In this document: positions 48,850 through 62,400 of the stretch, in pieces
How the letters are laid out: each line of letters begins with the position of its first letter
Position numbering within the stretch: the stretch's first letter is position 1
Assembly (NCBI GenBank): GCA_964188305.1
Contig: OZ076895.1
DNA from: Podarcis bocagei
Lineage: Eukaryota
DNA: 64,000 bases
Strand: one strand, 5' to 3'
Notes under the pieces: generated by a model
The model's database searches: none
Told to the model about the DNA's origin: nothing
What the model saw: only the letters and a program-made list of their open reading frames with translations
Position numbers and translations under genes: made by a program

Positions 48850-51800
48850 AGGATACCAGAAGCTTAATGGGAGGGTGAGAGAACTTTGCCATAGTCTATA
48901 TTGTGGAGAAAATATAGCCCCATCCCCATTCCACAACAACATAATGGTTCCTTCAATACAAATCAACAGCAAAGGCAAATGTTCAGAAAGATGAGGACAT
49001 ATCCCAAAGGGCTGGACATGAAAGAAGTAATCTAAAATTAGGTATTGGTACTAATAATGCATTACTTAATGTTTAGCTTCTAGGGATGAGTCTGTAATTG
49101 TATGTAACCACAAGCAGTCCATGTACTCTTGCCATCAAGTCTTTAGCTACTTCTTTCCATGTTCTTTTGTCACATATGTCATACGGGGAGGGGTGCTTCA
49201 AGTCAAGGTAAGAACAAAGTCATCTTAGATTCGCAGTCGGCAAGAACTATGCTACTTCAGGCAATCCAGTACTATTACATTTCAGCCTGCATAGATAGGA
49301 GCTATTGACAGTGAACACACATCAGATCAGAGAAGACATTTGCCTAAAAGCTGATAGCTGGCAGTAGTTTGCATATAAACATGGCACAACTAGATCTAAG
49401 CTACCGAGTCTGTTCATGCCATGAAAAGTCTCCACATGAAAAAAAACGCCCAAATTATGATTTACATCTATGAAAACAGGCACTCTTGTTAAGGTGGATC
49501 TATACTATTTTCCATAGCTCTGTTAGCAAGCTGGATGTGTGGAAATTTGATAGCTCAGAGAAGTCTTGTAGGAATATGGCAACTAAGTATCGGAATTGCT
49601 GCTTCATAAGGAAATTGCTTTGTGGGATCTGGCCCAAGTACTAAGCAGCATCCTCCAAAAAGAAGGACTTCACTTATGGCTTTGGAAAATTTTACAAGTA
49701 CCCATTGTTGGAGTGCCTGTACCTCCCAGGACTTCTCTGGGAGATTTCACCCTATTATGGCATCCTAGACAAGAAATAAATGTAACCCTGTGCATGATAT
49801 GTAGGAGTAGAAAGTTAAAACCTGCCCCCGCTATGTAGATCATCATTTGTCCAAGTCATCTTTTAGAAAGTAAATAATTCTAAGTCAGATTTTTATGCGA
49901 GTGACATTTTGGGTGCATGCATTGACTAACCATTTTTGCAGAGACCGGTTAGAATAAAGATACTCTGAAATATGGTCCCTTTTATTAATAGTGCACATTT
50001 GCCCCAGGCTCAAGAGAGAAACTTGCATTATCTTCCATGCCTGCCTATTTCTGGCCTACCTGAACACCTGCCGTGTCCAAATACATGAAAAAAAATTAGA
50101 TACAGCTCAAGGTGAATAGTGCAAGCACTCACCAGCTACAAACTGGAGGCTGAGCTATGCCCATTCAGCAGCAGTTTCCAGTTATAGATTTTTTGAAAAG
50201 CAGATATAAAATGACCAGGATCCAAACTAGCACAAGTGTAATTTTAAAAGTGAAAAAAATAAAATCTAGCAAATGTGGAAGTTATTCTAGGGTACTCATG
50301 CACCCTTCTAGGTCATGGGCTCCATTGTGCGGTACTTCATAAGGTACAAAGGACTGCTGCCAGACCCTCCCTCGTGCATGTTCAGAAGCACTTTTCACTC
50401 ATGCACTCAAAGTGGGTGGGAAGTTGAATCTTGGCCAAAGATTTCTGCCAGAATTCAACAGTTTAAGGGAAAACTTACATAATACCACAAAACAAGCTCT
50501 CTCTCTCTCTCAAAGTATGTATGTATATGTATATGTATTCATACCAGCAGCATCTTGACATGGTACAATAATAGCACAAAACATTTAAGATTTGGTCACA
50601 TGTCAGTAAAAAAAACACCCACTAAAAACTGGCAATCATCTAGTACATGAGATGTGAAGAGAAGAGATCCAGCATATTTTCTAAGACTCTCCCTCTTTTT
50701 AAATTTACATTTCAATATTGTAGATTTAAAAATACATAGGCCAGCATAAAACAAAAAATTAAATGTTACCACGTTAATTGCAAGCTTCCAGGTTAGATGG
50801 TTTACATGCTAACTAAATCCATCTTAGTCCATTATCAAAATGCCCAGTGTTAGAAACTGGAACAGGAATGCTAGAAGCCATGTGGCTCCTGGGACCTAGA
50901 CTGTGGGCGACAAAACAAAATGTCTAGGTACACTGTTTTTTCCTGCCCTGCTACCAGACCAGGTAGCCACACTGGGGGCGGGGGGAGCTGGCTAGAGAAT
51001 CAGGGGGTCTGTAGGGTACTGCAGCAGCAAAAGACGTGTCTTTTGCTTCCACTCTACCCTGCCAAACACCTGATTCACCCCAGTGTGGCAGCATGGAAGC
51101 AAAAAAAGTGTGTTTTTTCCTGCTGCACCGTTGGGCAAATCAGGTGTTTGGCGGGAGTGCCCGGCAGACCAGATGACTACAGCCAGGCAGGTGGACATGC
51201 TAGGCGCAAAGCATGCCTCCTTGATATCTCCATCCAGTTGCAGGAGGCCAGTTGCCAGTCGCAAAATGCAACTGGCGCCCAGCTAATTTTGAACGCTGAA
51301 TGCCCGTTATGGCAAATATTCCAGCATCTATTCCATTATTTAATAAATGGCATCCAATTCTTCTCAAAAGTCTACTGTATTACTTCTTCCTTCCCCCAAG
51401 TATTTGTAACTCCTAGTAACTCCAAGACTTCCTCTTAAGAGAGCACTTATGGCAGTATTTTGCAATACGAGATTAAAGGCTCCAAGTGTAGCTCTTAACA
51501 GAGGAATTTTGGAACCCTTAAGGGAGACATATCCAAAATCAAGATGAGCTCCTTTGCAAGGAGGAAGGAGAACAGAATTCAGGTTCTGCATGAAGGGAAA
51601 TAATCTGAAGTTATCCAGGACAAGACTAGCATGTACCAAAGTTAACTCTCAAAACTGCAGTGAGAATGTAATGTGCTACTCTCCCTTCACATCCAGCCCT
51701 AAATTCAAGTCAAACTCTCTGGATTAACAGGAGTTCATGGAATACAGGACCTTTAGGTCACATGCTGCCCAAGCACGCCACAGCAGTAAGCATAACGAAT

Positions 51801-52479
51801 TAAATAAGAAGACTGTACTGTGCAAAAAGCCTGTCTCAATTTAGGCTAGAAAAATAAATAGCAGTTAAGTGGGCATGCTTATTCACTCACTGGTCACTTC
51901 TGGCTCTCAAATTACAGTAACTCTTAAGGAGATCTCCAGAGTTAGTCATACATGGATTAGACCTGTGAAATCAATGGACAAATTACTCGTCTCTCAATTT
52001 CAACATGTATATTCTAAGCACAACTAACACTGGATATTACCCTCAGTTTCTAGTTGTCCCCATCCTTGGAAACCTCAAACACACAGATAAGGCTTGCATG
52101 GATGACAGCTTCTTTTGCTGTTACATTTCAGACAATTTTACCTTTTATTCCAAGTACTTTCAGACCAAGTTATATCTGACTTGGTATGCTGCCCCTTTAG
52201 TCTGAATCCAAATCATTCAAAAGTTAATTTGGGCATGTTTAACTGATCCTGTGTAAATTCTTCTACAAGTCACCCTATCTGCTCTGGACTCTTTGGAGAG
52301 GATGGATGGGGACTAAATATCCAGAGTTTCAAAAAGTAGATTGGATTGATCCAAGGTGTAACAGGTAGCAAATCTGGGGCTGCAGTAAAGGATGAACACT
52401 CCCTTGGTCACCTGTGGCGGTTAATCATTACCTACATTTACTGAGGGACCTTCCCCACTGTTGAAGGTCATCATAGCTG

Positions 52480-52612
52480 TGGGGTGAGGAATCTCTAGCC
52501 CTCCAGATGTTGTTGAACTACAGTTCCCATCATCCACAAACACTGGCCATGCTTGCTGGGGCTGATGGGAGTTGGGAATTCAGCAACATCTAGAGGGCCA
52601 CAGGTTCCATAC
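52480..52612. mobile_element. Palindromic MITE remnant (hAT-like); related remnants near 41700-41828 and 40735-40830
   Basis: CCCTCCAGATGTTG...CAACATCTAGAGGG inverted arms with CCCATCA/TGATGGG core. Confidence 0.5.
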
Positions 52613-52807
52613 ACGCATAATAGCACTGGCCTGCAGAGGACTACAAACATATTTCTCATTGCCCAGTATCAATTGAAAGAAATATCGTGGGGGATATAAT
52701 AACTGGGTGTGTCTATAACATTGTTTTGCATTAGACAAGGCAGTAGCAAGGAGGTTGCACTCGTAACTATTACTGCAACCAGTCAAGAACCACAAGGAGG
52801 ACTCAGG

Positions 52808-52978
52808 GTAACATGGGAACATAGGCAGCTACCTTATACAGAGTCAAGAACATTGGTCCATCTAGCTCAGTACTGCCCACTCGGACTGGCAGAAACTCTT
52901 TCAGACTGGGAACAGTTCCAGCCCTGAATCAGAACCTTTTTCTGCAGGAAAGGCAGATGCTCTACCGCTTGAGCCACA
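52808..52978 (-). mobile_element. Degenerate tRNA-derived SINE (same family)
   Basis: GGAACATAGGCAGCTACCTTATACAGAGTC...CTAGCTCAGTACTG...GCAGATGCTCTACC. Confidence 0.5.
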
Positions 52979-54589
52979 CACCCTCCTAGTTCTACATCAA
53001 CACAGGCTTCCTCCTGAGCAATTATTTACAAAAGCTACATTAAAATGCCTAATTTGCCCTCCAAGACTGACAGAAACAAGCCAGCTCACATCAACCACTA
53101 ACATGATATTTTTTGGCTCAAAATGGCAGGCTAATTGTATTGGCCCTCCAAGACATTTACAGAGATAAGTGACTAGAATTTATCTCAATTATTTAATTTC
53201 AGTTGAATACACAAGTATAACGTCATAGCTCCAGACAGCAAGTCCATGAGTCAGAGTATTAGCCAGTGCAAAGGTTTGCAGCTTTCACTGGAGTGGCAAA
53301 GATAAGAAACTATAGCATTTTTTCACCTGGTGACTAATAATGTATCTTTATACAAGCAGTAACTGATTACGCAGTCATTACTTTGGATTCTGTTGTGTCA
53401 CACCTATGCTTAAGGCAAGAAACTACATTTTTAAGAAGTTGTAGAAGTGTGTTAATCCGAGGACCAGGGTTCATACATTCTCTTTAGCCACAGCATTATT
53501 TTTTTACCTATGCAGTTCAAACTAGAGTTTCATCATGGGTAGAATCATTAGTCACAGATGCACATGTTAGCATTAACAGCCAAGTTTCGTTGCGGCTATT
53601 TGCAGGGTAATTATACCGCGAAACAAACAAAACTTGTGTATACGAGAATCATTTGTTGCCAGTTCAGATGCTACTTTTTGAAAATGCAAGTCACATCTTG
53701 CTTGCCAGCAGCACACAAGTCTGACAGATTGATAAAATCCTGATTGCTTTGGGAAGTCCTTATTTCTCAGGCACGCCTGCAAGTCAGACCTGCATGTTAC
53801 TTTGTGCACTTATCTCTAGTCTAGAGGGATGCTGCTGCTGCTGTCTACAAAAAGGCCCTGGAGGGGCTTCTTTTTAAAACAGACTCCACTCTCCAGGTGT
53901 ACATTGGTTGGAAGTAACTTAGAGTCACAGATTATACACAGAAAGGAAGTAAAGGCAAGACAAAGAGCAAAATGAAAAAGTAGACACAGCCAGTTAAAAA
54001 AAGGGGGGTCTCTATGGGCATTGGCACTTTCCTTATATCAATTAAGTATTGAAACTAGCAAGTAGTTCTGCTCCACAGAAAAGGGATAGCCAAAACAGGC
54101 AGGCAATACAGATCCCCTAGACTCTCTACCACAAATAGAAGTTTGAAAGATAGCAACAATCAAGGGACAAGAGCAAGAGAGAACCCACTTTCTAAAATCC
54201 TTGCTTCACAGTTATTGCAATGCTTAGAGTCAACTGGAGTATTTCCCCAAGAGCAACAATTGTCACAGGAGACTGTTCTAGAAGTAGCATGCCTCAGAGC
54301 ATTTTCCCACTTTCCACATTCAACTAATAAACACATGAGCTGGAATCCTGTCCCATTTCTTTTTCCTTTTCACAAGTTGCTCCTTCCAGATACAGACCCT
54401 AGGACTGCTGGACTCTTGCTTGAGCCACCCTGCCAAAGGGAAATAAACGCCCGTTGTTGCTTAATCAGGGCATTTCACCGCCTTTTATTCAAAGGAAGTT
54501 GGCTGAACAGAGAGGAGAAGTTGGTCCCATTTGAGAACGGGGGCAGCTGTAAAATCTACCAGAGAGACTCTCCTCCTGCAAGCTTCGTC

Positions 54590-56050
54590 TTGCCCCGTCG
54601 CTCCCTCCTCCCCCTTTCGTGGCTTGACTCAAGCAGCGCCAACTGAATGAGGAAGTCAAGCTCGGCGGGCGGAAGCCAAGCCCATTGCAATGTCTGCAAC
54701 AAGGTTGTCAGCCCGTGACTCAGGCGGGAGCCCTGACAGCTGCCAAGCGGTATACTGCCCGTTACTTCCCAGCTTTGTTTTTTTTTTAAAAAAAGGGGGA
54801 GAGAGGGGGGGCAGGAAATCCTTAGATGATTAGAGGGTGCAACCCCAGCTACAAACCGAGGAGAGAGAACGAGCAGGTTTAATCTCTTGCAACAAGAGCA
54901 AGCTATAGTAACAGGCAGCAGAGGATGAGAGAAGCACGAGATCAGCTGCTTTCTCAGAGACGCAAGAGGCGGTAGTCTTAAAGCCATTTCCCCTGCAGGG
55001 TTGTTGGGGTTAGGGGCGGTGGGGGGGGAGGGGAAAGAGGTATTTTGGGGGGAGGGGAAGCACAGGTAGCCGGTGCGGCAAGGGAAGGATCCTGTGCGTG
55101 GCAATTGCACAGCGTTCCGCCACCTCAGGCGGAAAGGAAGCCAAGAGATGATGGCTGCACCTTCCCCCACCCCACCCCGCTTCCACCCCCCCCCTCCAAA
55201 GCCGATGCCCCCACAGTGGGTGGCACTTCCTGGGCTTGCAGCCCGCTTGGCAGAAGAAAGGCATTCTAGAAGTTAAGCCACACCCGCCCGCCCGCCTCGC
55301 GACGAACCTCAACCCGCCGGCGCCAAACTAAAAGCCAAGCGCCATCTCTCGCGTGTTTCCCGTCCCGTCCCGCACCGTCCCTGAAGCAGGATTTCACCTG
55401 AGTCTGGCCAAAGCCCGGGAGGTTGGGGGGGTGGGGTGGGCGAACCGCCGCGGCTCCTGCTCCTCGCTGTGGGAAGACTAGACTCGGTACCCGGCACCTT
55501 TGGAGAGAGTCGCAGCGCCCCACCCGCCGCGCTGTTCCAGCTTCAACGCCTCACACTCACCGGCAACAGCGAGGTTTCAAGCCGGGAGGGAGCGGCCGCG
55601 GCTAAGGACAGCAACACCCACCTGCTGTACTGCTGGCCAATAAAAAGGGCAGCTTGCTCTGACTGAGCTCCAGCTCCCGCCAATGGCGACGCAAGAGGAG
55701 GGCGGTGCTGCTAAAGAAGGCGGAGGGCGCTTTTTTTTTTTTTTTAATCTCCTCAACTGACGCCTCAACCCCCCGCTTCTCACATTAGCCCGCCTCTCAT
55801 CCTCCTCGCAGAAATGGGCTCAGCCAATGCGCCCTCATTCAGAGAGGAGCGTAGACTGACACGTCGGGCGGCCAATAGGTGCACGGAGAAAGGGTAGGGC
55901 CCTTTGTGGGCCTATCTTGAACGTTTCCCTGGCTGTTCTGAGGCGTGGCAGCAAGGAGTGGAGTGGCGGCGGGGGAGAAATCCCTACCATCCATTTTCAG
56001 CCCCATTAACCTACCCTGAGTAGGAACAAAACAGTGGGCGCTCGCCTGTT
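54590..56050 (-). promoter_or_regulatory. MYH9: CpG-island promoter of MYH9
   Basis: Only non-repeat CpG-rich block upstream of exon 2; four CCAAT boxes (55637, 55680, 55824, 55872), GC-box-like runs, T15 tract (55731-55745); minus-strand donors just downstream. Confidence 0.8.
55398..55660 (-). other. MYH9: Probable non-coding exon 1 region (5'UTR); TSS and donor usage uncertain
   Basis: ATG-free on the minus strand; donors CAG|GTGGGT (55622), CCG|GTGAGT (55561), CAG|GTGAAA (55398). Confidence 0.55.
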
Positions 56051-59009
56051 CTCCTGTGCATGCTCAAGCAGAAGTAAACCTACTGTATTTAATAGGGCTC
56101 TCTCCAAGACTGGCCCTTAAACATCTAAATACTCAGGTCTTCTACTTCCATTTAGCAATAGCGATATTTTTCAAAATTAAAATTGTTCGACGCTTATTAA
56201 TTGAAGTTTAACACGTCACATATAACAAAGACTCTTGCAGTACTGATAAAAGACTGGGAAAGTGCCCTTAAATAGGCAAGCTGGCTTTCTCTTCACCACT
56301 GGATCCTGCACAAACTTACTCCCTTCAGATCTGTTCTGCAGCCTTGCCCTCCCACTTCTCTCTCCACTTCTATTTTCCAAGGCATCCCTTCCTGTGATGT
56401 CCTCTTGTCCAAAGGTTTCCTGCATCCTGAAACAACTCTGCTCTTCCTGTCTTCCTGCCCATTATGCCTGGAACTGCGTCCAGAAGGCCTTTGCAACCTC
56501 CTCCCTTCCTTAACATCCCTCCTCAAAATTCATTTATTTTGTAGAAGAATTTTGGAACAACCAAAGTGCATGGAGTTGAAATAATTTCACATTCCCCCGT
56601 TTACCCCTACCTCCATTTCGCGTTCCCTCTTCTATGTTTTAGATTGCAAGCTTTTTGGAGTAGGGACTTGTGAAACCTGTTCTTTGTGAAGCTCTGTTAC
56701 ATGCATGCCACTGTCACCATCATCAAGCTTACAAAAAAGGTAAGAATCACTTTGTTATATTAGATCAAGATCTATTTAAGCTGCAGCAGTTCTGTGCACA
56801 CCTAAGTATAAGCCTCGTTGAACATGGTGGGACTTTCTTCTGAGTAAACATGCACAGGCTTGCCTTGTTAGTCCAACATTGTGTTTTCAGTGACGGCCAA
56901 GCAGATTCCCCTGGAACGTTCACAACAGGACATGATGAAGATATCCAACCCATTATTGTTATCAGTATGTGGAAATCAGAGGTATTCTACCTCTAAACAC
57001 AAAAGTCTCATTTATATCTGTCATTCCTAACATTAATGCACTTGTCTTTCCTCCACTAGTCTTTTTACAAATCTTTTATATATATTTTTAATAAAATATT
57101 TATACTTTTTTAATGTTCACAGATAGCATACTCCCACTTACCAAGTACTAAGGATAATCAATAAGGTTTGGCTAGCTTCATTGACTTTTAAATTCTAGAA
57201 ATCAGGTGAACCAAATACATCAAGATGAGGAACCTCATCCCTGACATTTTGATGATTTCTGCCCTGACACTGCTTCCGGATGCAGTATTCCATGCATGTC
57301 CAGGAAATTCCAGACGTATGGCAATCCTAGCTTCACTGCATGAATTACCCAACCTTTTACCAGACTACACCAGTGTTGGACTTGCCAAATTTAATTGTGA
57401 AAAACCAGGGTTTGTTTGCTTTTTTAAAGGCAGCAATATTACACCCACTGATCTTCAAGGAAGTCCCACTGAGCGCAATGGGATTCCACTGTTATATGTA
57501 GTGCTTTAAGGAGCTCTGATGTACGATATCTCATTAACATATATGGCAGCTGAGAAACCACTTTCACTATCTAGCCACTCTACTCAGGAGTCTGATTCTC
57601 AAGTTGGATGGTCAGATGCAAAAGAGGGCAGGGCTCCTGTACCTTTAAAAGTTATGTAGAAAGTGGGGAATATCAGTAGGTGTAGGTGTGGTCATCCAAG
57701 CTACAGCTGCAGAATATTGCCACCTCCACACAACTGTGGCAAATGTGCAGGAATCCTGTCCTCTTTAACCTCTGTTCGATCTCCTGCTAAATAAAAGTTG
57801 GACCTACTGTATCATGGTATGAAGCTAACATACACACCACCAAGAACCATTATTTTGAAGCTGGTCAAGCAAATTGATGGGAAGTTTGCATCACCAATGT
57901 TAATCACAATAGTCAATGTCAAATCTTTAGTGAAAGAAAATTAGCAGTGAAATTCTGTGGATATTTATTCAGAAGTAAGTTCTAGTTTTCTATGTTTGTA
58001 ATGCTTAAAAAAAAAGCAACATCAGATTATAACTGAAGTTTATAAAGCACTGGAGGGGCTCTAATAAAATAAAAGATGTTCATTCCAAAATTCAGACACT
58101 CCTGTAACTAAACACTTTCCTGGTACCATGTATGATAAGGTGTTCTGTAGTGGGATTCATGGGCTGGCAGAGAATAAATTATTATACAGGTAACTTCTTT
58201 TCTTTGTGCTCAACACAGAAGGCATGGGATACGATACCAGAGGAAGGAAGCCGCCTTCTTGCCTAGCATTGAAATTCATGAGGCTGCTGGAAGAGGGACA
58301 GAGTCTGTTATCCATTCTGTCAGCCCATAGCAAGCCAGAGCAAGATGCTCTGAACACATAAATACCAATCCTGGTGTGACTGCACTAGCTACCAATTTAT
58401 TTATTGCTGTAAGCTGCTTTGAGTTACTTTTGTTAAGAAAAACACCTAAGTATGATAAATAATAACAATTTCAAACAAACAAGCCACCTGTCTGTCAATC
58501 ATAGGCTAGTAACTTTTGAGGGCTCGTTTACAAGGCTGACTTAAACATTTACAGGTATTATTGATTTCAGTGGAGAAGATATAAGTATGGGCTTCTGACA
58601 CTGTCATCAGTGTGAATTTAAAATCCTAGCTTTAGCTGGGCCATTCCCAAGGCTTTTTGTACGCTAGAGAATGTATATTTGTAGGTATAAATGATGTGAG
58701 AAAAGACATTAATTAGGTCAAGGATCCTAAAAAGATCAATAAGAAACTTCAAGAATCAGAATAGCTGAAGGTGTACTTGGAGAAACAGAGTATCTAGAGA
58801 AATTAACCTGAAGACTCTTGAAAGAAAGTTTATTTGGTTAAGAAAGGGATGAAGGGTGGAGAAGGTGTTGCTACTAAAGTTGTTGAAAGATGTGTGCCAC
58901 TGAACATCATTGTATCAAGGATTAAAAGATAAAATACTATGGTTAAGCATTAGTGAGAACAGTGTAAGGAGAAGAAATTGCAGGGCTGGAAATAGAACTC
59001 AGCTACTTG

Positions 59010-59405
59010 GAGAGCAAGTGTGGAGCAGTGGTTAGAGTGTTGGACAAACATTGTAGGAGATAAGGGTTCAAATTCCCATGTGGCCATAAAGCTCACTAAG
59101 TGATTTCGGCCGCATACACGCCAGACATTCAAGCATGCACACACACAAAAACTCATGGGAACTGTAGTTTGTTGTGAGTGCTAGAAACTAGCTCTGAGGG
59201 GGAAACTCCAGTTCCCAGAATTCTCTTTGGGGGGTGGGCATGCAGAGAAATGTGTTTTAAAATTTTGTTAAATGCATGGCACGTACTGTCTCTCAGCCTA
59301 ACCTACATCACAGGGTTGTTGTGAGGATAAAAGGAACTTGGGAAAACCATGTACACTGCCTTTACTTCTTTGGAGTAAAAGGCAGGCTCTAAATGCAATT
59401 AATAA
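59010..59405 (+). mobile_element. MIR/CORE-type SINE interrupted by another repeat fragment (~59110-59285)
   Basis: A/B boxes AGTGGTTAGAGT...GGGTTCAAATTCC; CORE-like AGCCTAACCTACATCACAGGGTTGTTGTGAGGATAAA; AATAAA tail. Confidence 0.55.
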
Positions 59406-62400
59406 ATATATCAATAAATTAATGAAGAAGCTTGACGGAGAAAAATAAATAGGAGCCAAGAATGAAGGAGTGTAGTAAACCTTGTCACTGAAGGACCCCA
59501 ATGCCCTTTTATAGGGCACTAACATAGTCACAGTCTATGACATCAGAAGCCCAATTGGGTTATGAGGGCTACTGGTGTGGCAGAAGTCTTTATTTTAAAA
59601 AGGAGGCAAGGAGAAGGTTTGAACTTGACAACAAAAGGCAGAATGGTAAAATTAATTTAAAGTTTGCAACTGGAAAAGGAACAAAAATAGATAATGGAGT
59701 TAACAATGGAAGTATTTATTATTTCTGAAAAGTTAAAGCCCAAGGAAATAAATTAACACCCAAATACAATACTGTAATGCAATGGAAGAATTTTGAGTCT
59801 TCTGCTTCTTTGACTTGCACACGTTGAGCGGCATGTTTTTTTCTTTTGCAAGGTGTGGGCTATCATAAATATGCTTTATTTTAGTAAAGATAATTAAAGC
59901 AAAGGAGAGGAGTGACCAATGAACAAAGACAATGAAAAGAGTGAAGGAGGGAGCATGTTGCTAAATATTAACCACAGTGACTTTATTTTTTGTTTAAAAA
60001 AAAATGACGAAAAACCACAGGAGCAGAACAGCTTGCAAAAGTTACAACATTGTATTGGTAAAGGGTTCTCTACTGAAATGGATTGGCTAAGTAGATGGAA
60101 TTTGCAATGAAGGGTGTTGCTAAAAGTTCAGATTCAGTGTCATATAAGCAGGTCCTTGAAGCTGAAGCAAAAAAGCAGTGGTTGAAAGTCCATGTGAAAA
60201 CAGCTGTATCGACAGAAGGCTTTGAGGGGGCTTCTGGGATGATAACGCTACAAATAATGCACTCCTGTGTTTACTGCTTCCCATCCAACATGATACTCCA
60301 ATGAGACATCTACTCACCTTACAGTTTATACTTACAATGACCTTTCACACTCGCTTTGTTCCAGTCACGTGGCCTGAAAACTCCTTAGGAGCAAACATTG
60401 CACAACAAATTATTTCAGTTGAAAGAGAGGTTGCCTTTAACCCATCTACTTGTCACACTCCTGGCATATGTATCAGCAGACAATGCTTTTTTACAAAGTT
60501 GATCTTAGGTGGCTATCCGGAGCAGCACTTTGTAGGAGGCAGCCTGCCTGTTGCAGCAGTGACTGCTGCCCTATACAAGGCTGCAGAGATGCTATCTAGG
60601 CCTAGGACAAATAATAGTTTGGGGAACATGAGGATGAACGAGGCTCTGCTGAGGTGCAGCTATTCATGTATTGTCCTTCTGCACCTGCTCCCAGTAGATA
60701 GCATAGTTTTCTAAGTACATGGAATATCAGCAATGTTTAAGTTCATGAATACCCCTCAATGATGATTCACTAGATAGGCAAAGCTTGCAGTGGGTACTGG
60801 CAGCGCCTGATTTAGGGTGGTACAGGTGATTCCTCAGCACAGGACACTGAGCTGAAGGCACGCAATATAATAAGGAATCATTGTGAAAATAAGAAATATG
60901 TTGGGGGAGTATCAAATGTTGTCCTTGCTCAGGGCACCATATTACTAAAGTCTGCCCCTGGTACTGGGACTCTGAATTTTTCCTGGTTCCAATTTGCAGT
61001 CCTCAAGCAAGGAAGCACAGCAGCTTACGCACAAGGAATTCTGGGAATAAGTTTTCTGTTAGCTACTGTCCTGAAGGTCAAAGGGGAACATTAGACAAGT
61101 GCAATCTTCTTTGTCCACTAACCTTAGGCAATATGCACCAAAACATGTGGGACCCTTAGCTTTGTTGGGCCTCAGGGGAGTCTCTCTCTCCCCCCCCCCC
61201 CGCCCTTGCCTCTCCCCCTCTCTGCACCGCTGGCTGTGCATACATATCTGCTGCTGGGGAAAAGCTAGGGATAAAAGGAGGGGCAGAAGTAGTGATGCAA
61301 GGAGGAATCAGAATTAGCATGAGACCCTGGTAGCTGCAGGAATTGAAGGTTCTAGTAGATCTGGCATTGACTTGAGAGAGCCATAGCAGGTCAGCAAGAT
61401 TCAACTGCTGGCACTCACTGAGAGATGAGGGGGTGGTCTACAAGCCTGCAATATAAAGGAAGTCACTGTCTGACAATCTGTGGGTACAAAGGAGGTTCTG
61501 CCAAATCCCAACTACTGATCTAGAAAAAGGAAAGCTAGCAGTCTTGTGTGTGTTGGGTTCCATTGGTGAGGGTAAGGTACTTAAATAGCAGCATATAAAT
61601 ACTTGCAATAAATAAATAAATATGCCACTCTTTTTTGACTTTCATTTGTCCCAAGACTGCAGAAGCAATAGGAAAAGGTGCTCTAGCCCCATCCATCAGC
61701 CAAAGGAGAAAAGAGCTGCCAGCCACTATGCAAGCAAGGACACCAGCGGAGCAAGGGAAGAGCAGCCTGGCAACAACTGGATATAAATGCCCACTTATAG
61801 CTCACCACTTTATTCTGACCTTGAAATATGAACTCTCTCCTCTACCCCCCCCTTCCACTTCTCTTCCCTTGACTTCGTTTGTAAACGTGATGACAGGGAC
61901 GGCCTCTCATTTTTTTAAAGCTGCTTCGGAAGGTAACATTTTGCCTGAAATGTGGGATAAAATCTAAATAGACAAATAAACAATAGAATGAAATTAATGC
62001 TGTGGGGAAATTATACTAAAGAAATGGATCCCACCTAAGCCTTAAGCATTTCTGGGGCAACTGCAGTTGGTGGCAGGAAGGTCTCTATAGCTATTACTGC
62101 ATCCACTGGGTTATTGTAGGGTATGGTTGCTAAATGACAAACACAGGTTCCAAGACCATCACATTCCACATTTAACACGTTGACAGATAACAATTCAAAG
62201 CACTTTCGCCATCTGATGAGCTACTCAATAGATTCTGAACATGAGGATTACCATAGTAACTAGCTCAGGCTCAGTTGGGGGGGGGGCTGAATGCTTGTGG
62301 TTTACCTCAGCTTATACTCCCACTTCCTTTTCCTCTGAGCCTTGCCCTGTTGCGCTGACATTTTTTGAGCTGGTTTCAACATTACTGTCAAAGCTAGCAA

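Noticed and set aside
50920-51438. 172-aa ORF with internal inverted repeat (51058-51082 vs 51132-51156)
   Set aside because: No recognisable domain; probably an old repeat remnant whose ends I could not define.
55637-55648. CCAATAAAAAGG as a promoter CArG box
   Set aside because: Eight A/T bases rather than six; treated as a CCAAT box.
54143-55783. Cluster of ORFs (167 aa, 204 aa, etc.)
   Set aside because: Stop-poor CpG-island sequence; no recognisable protein.
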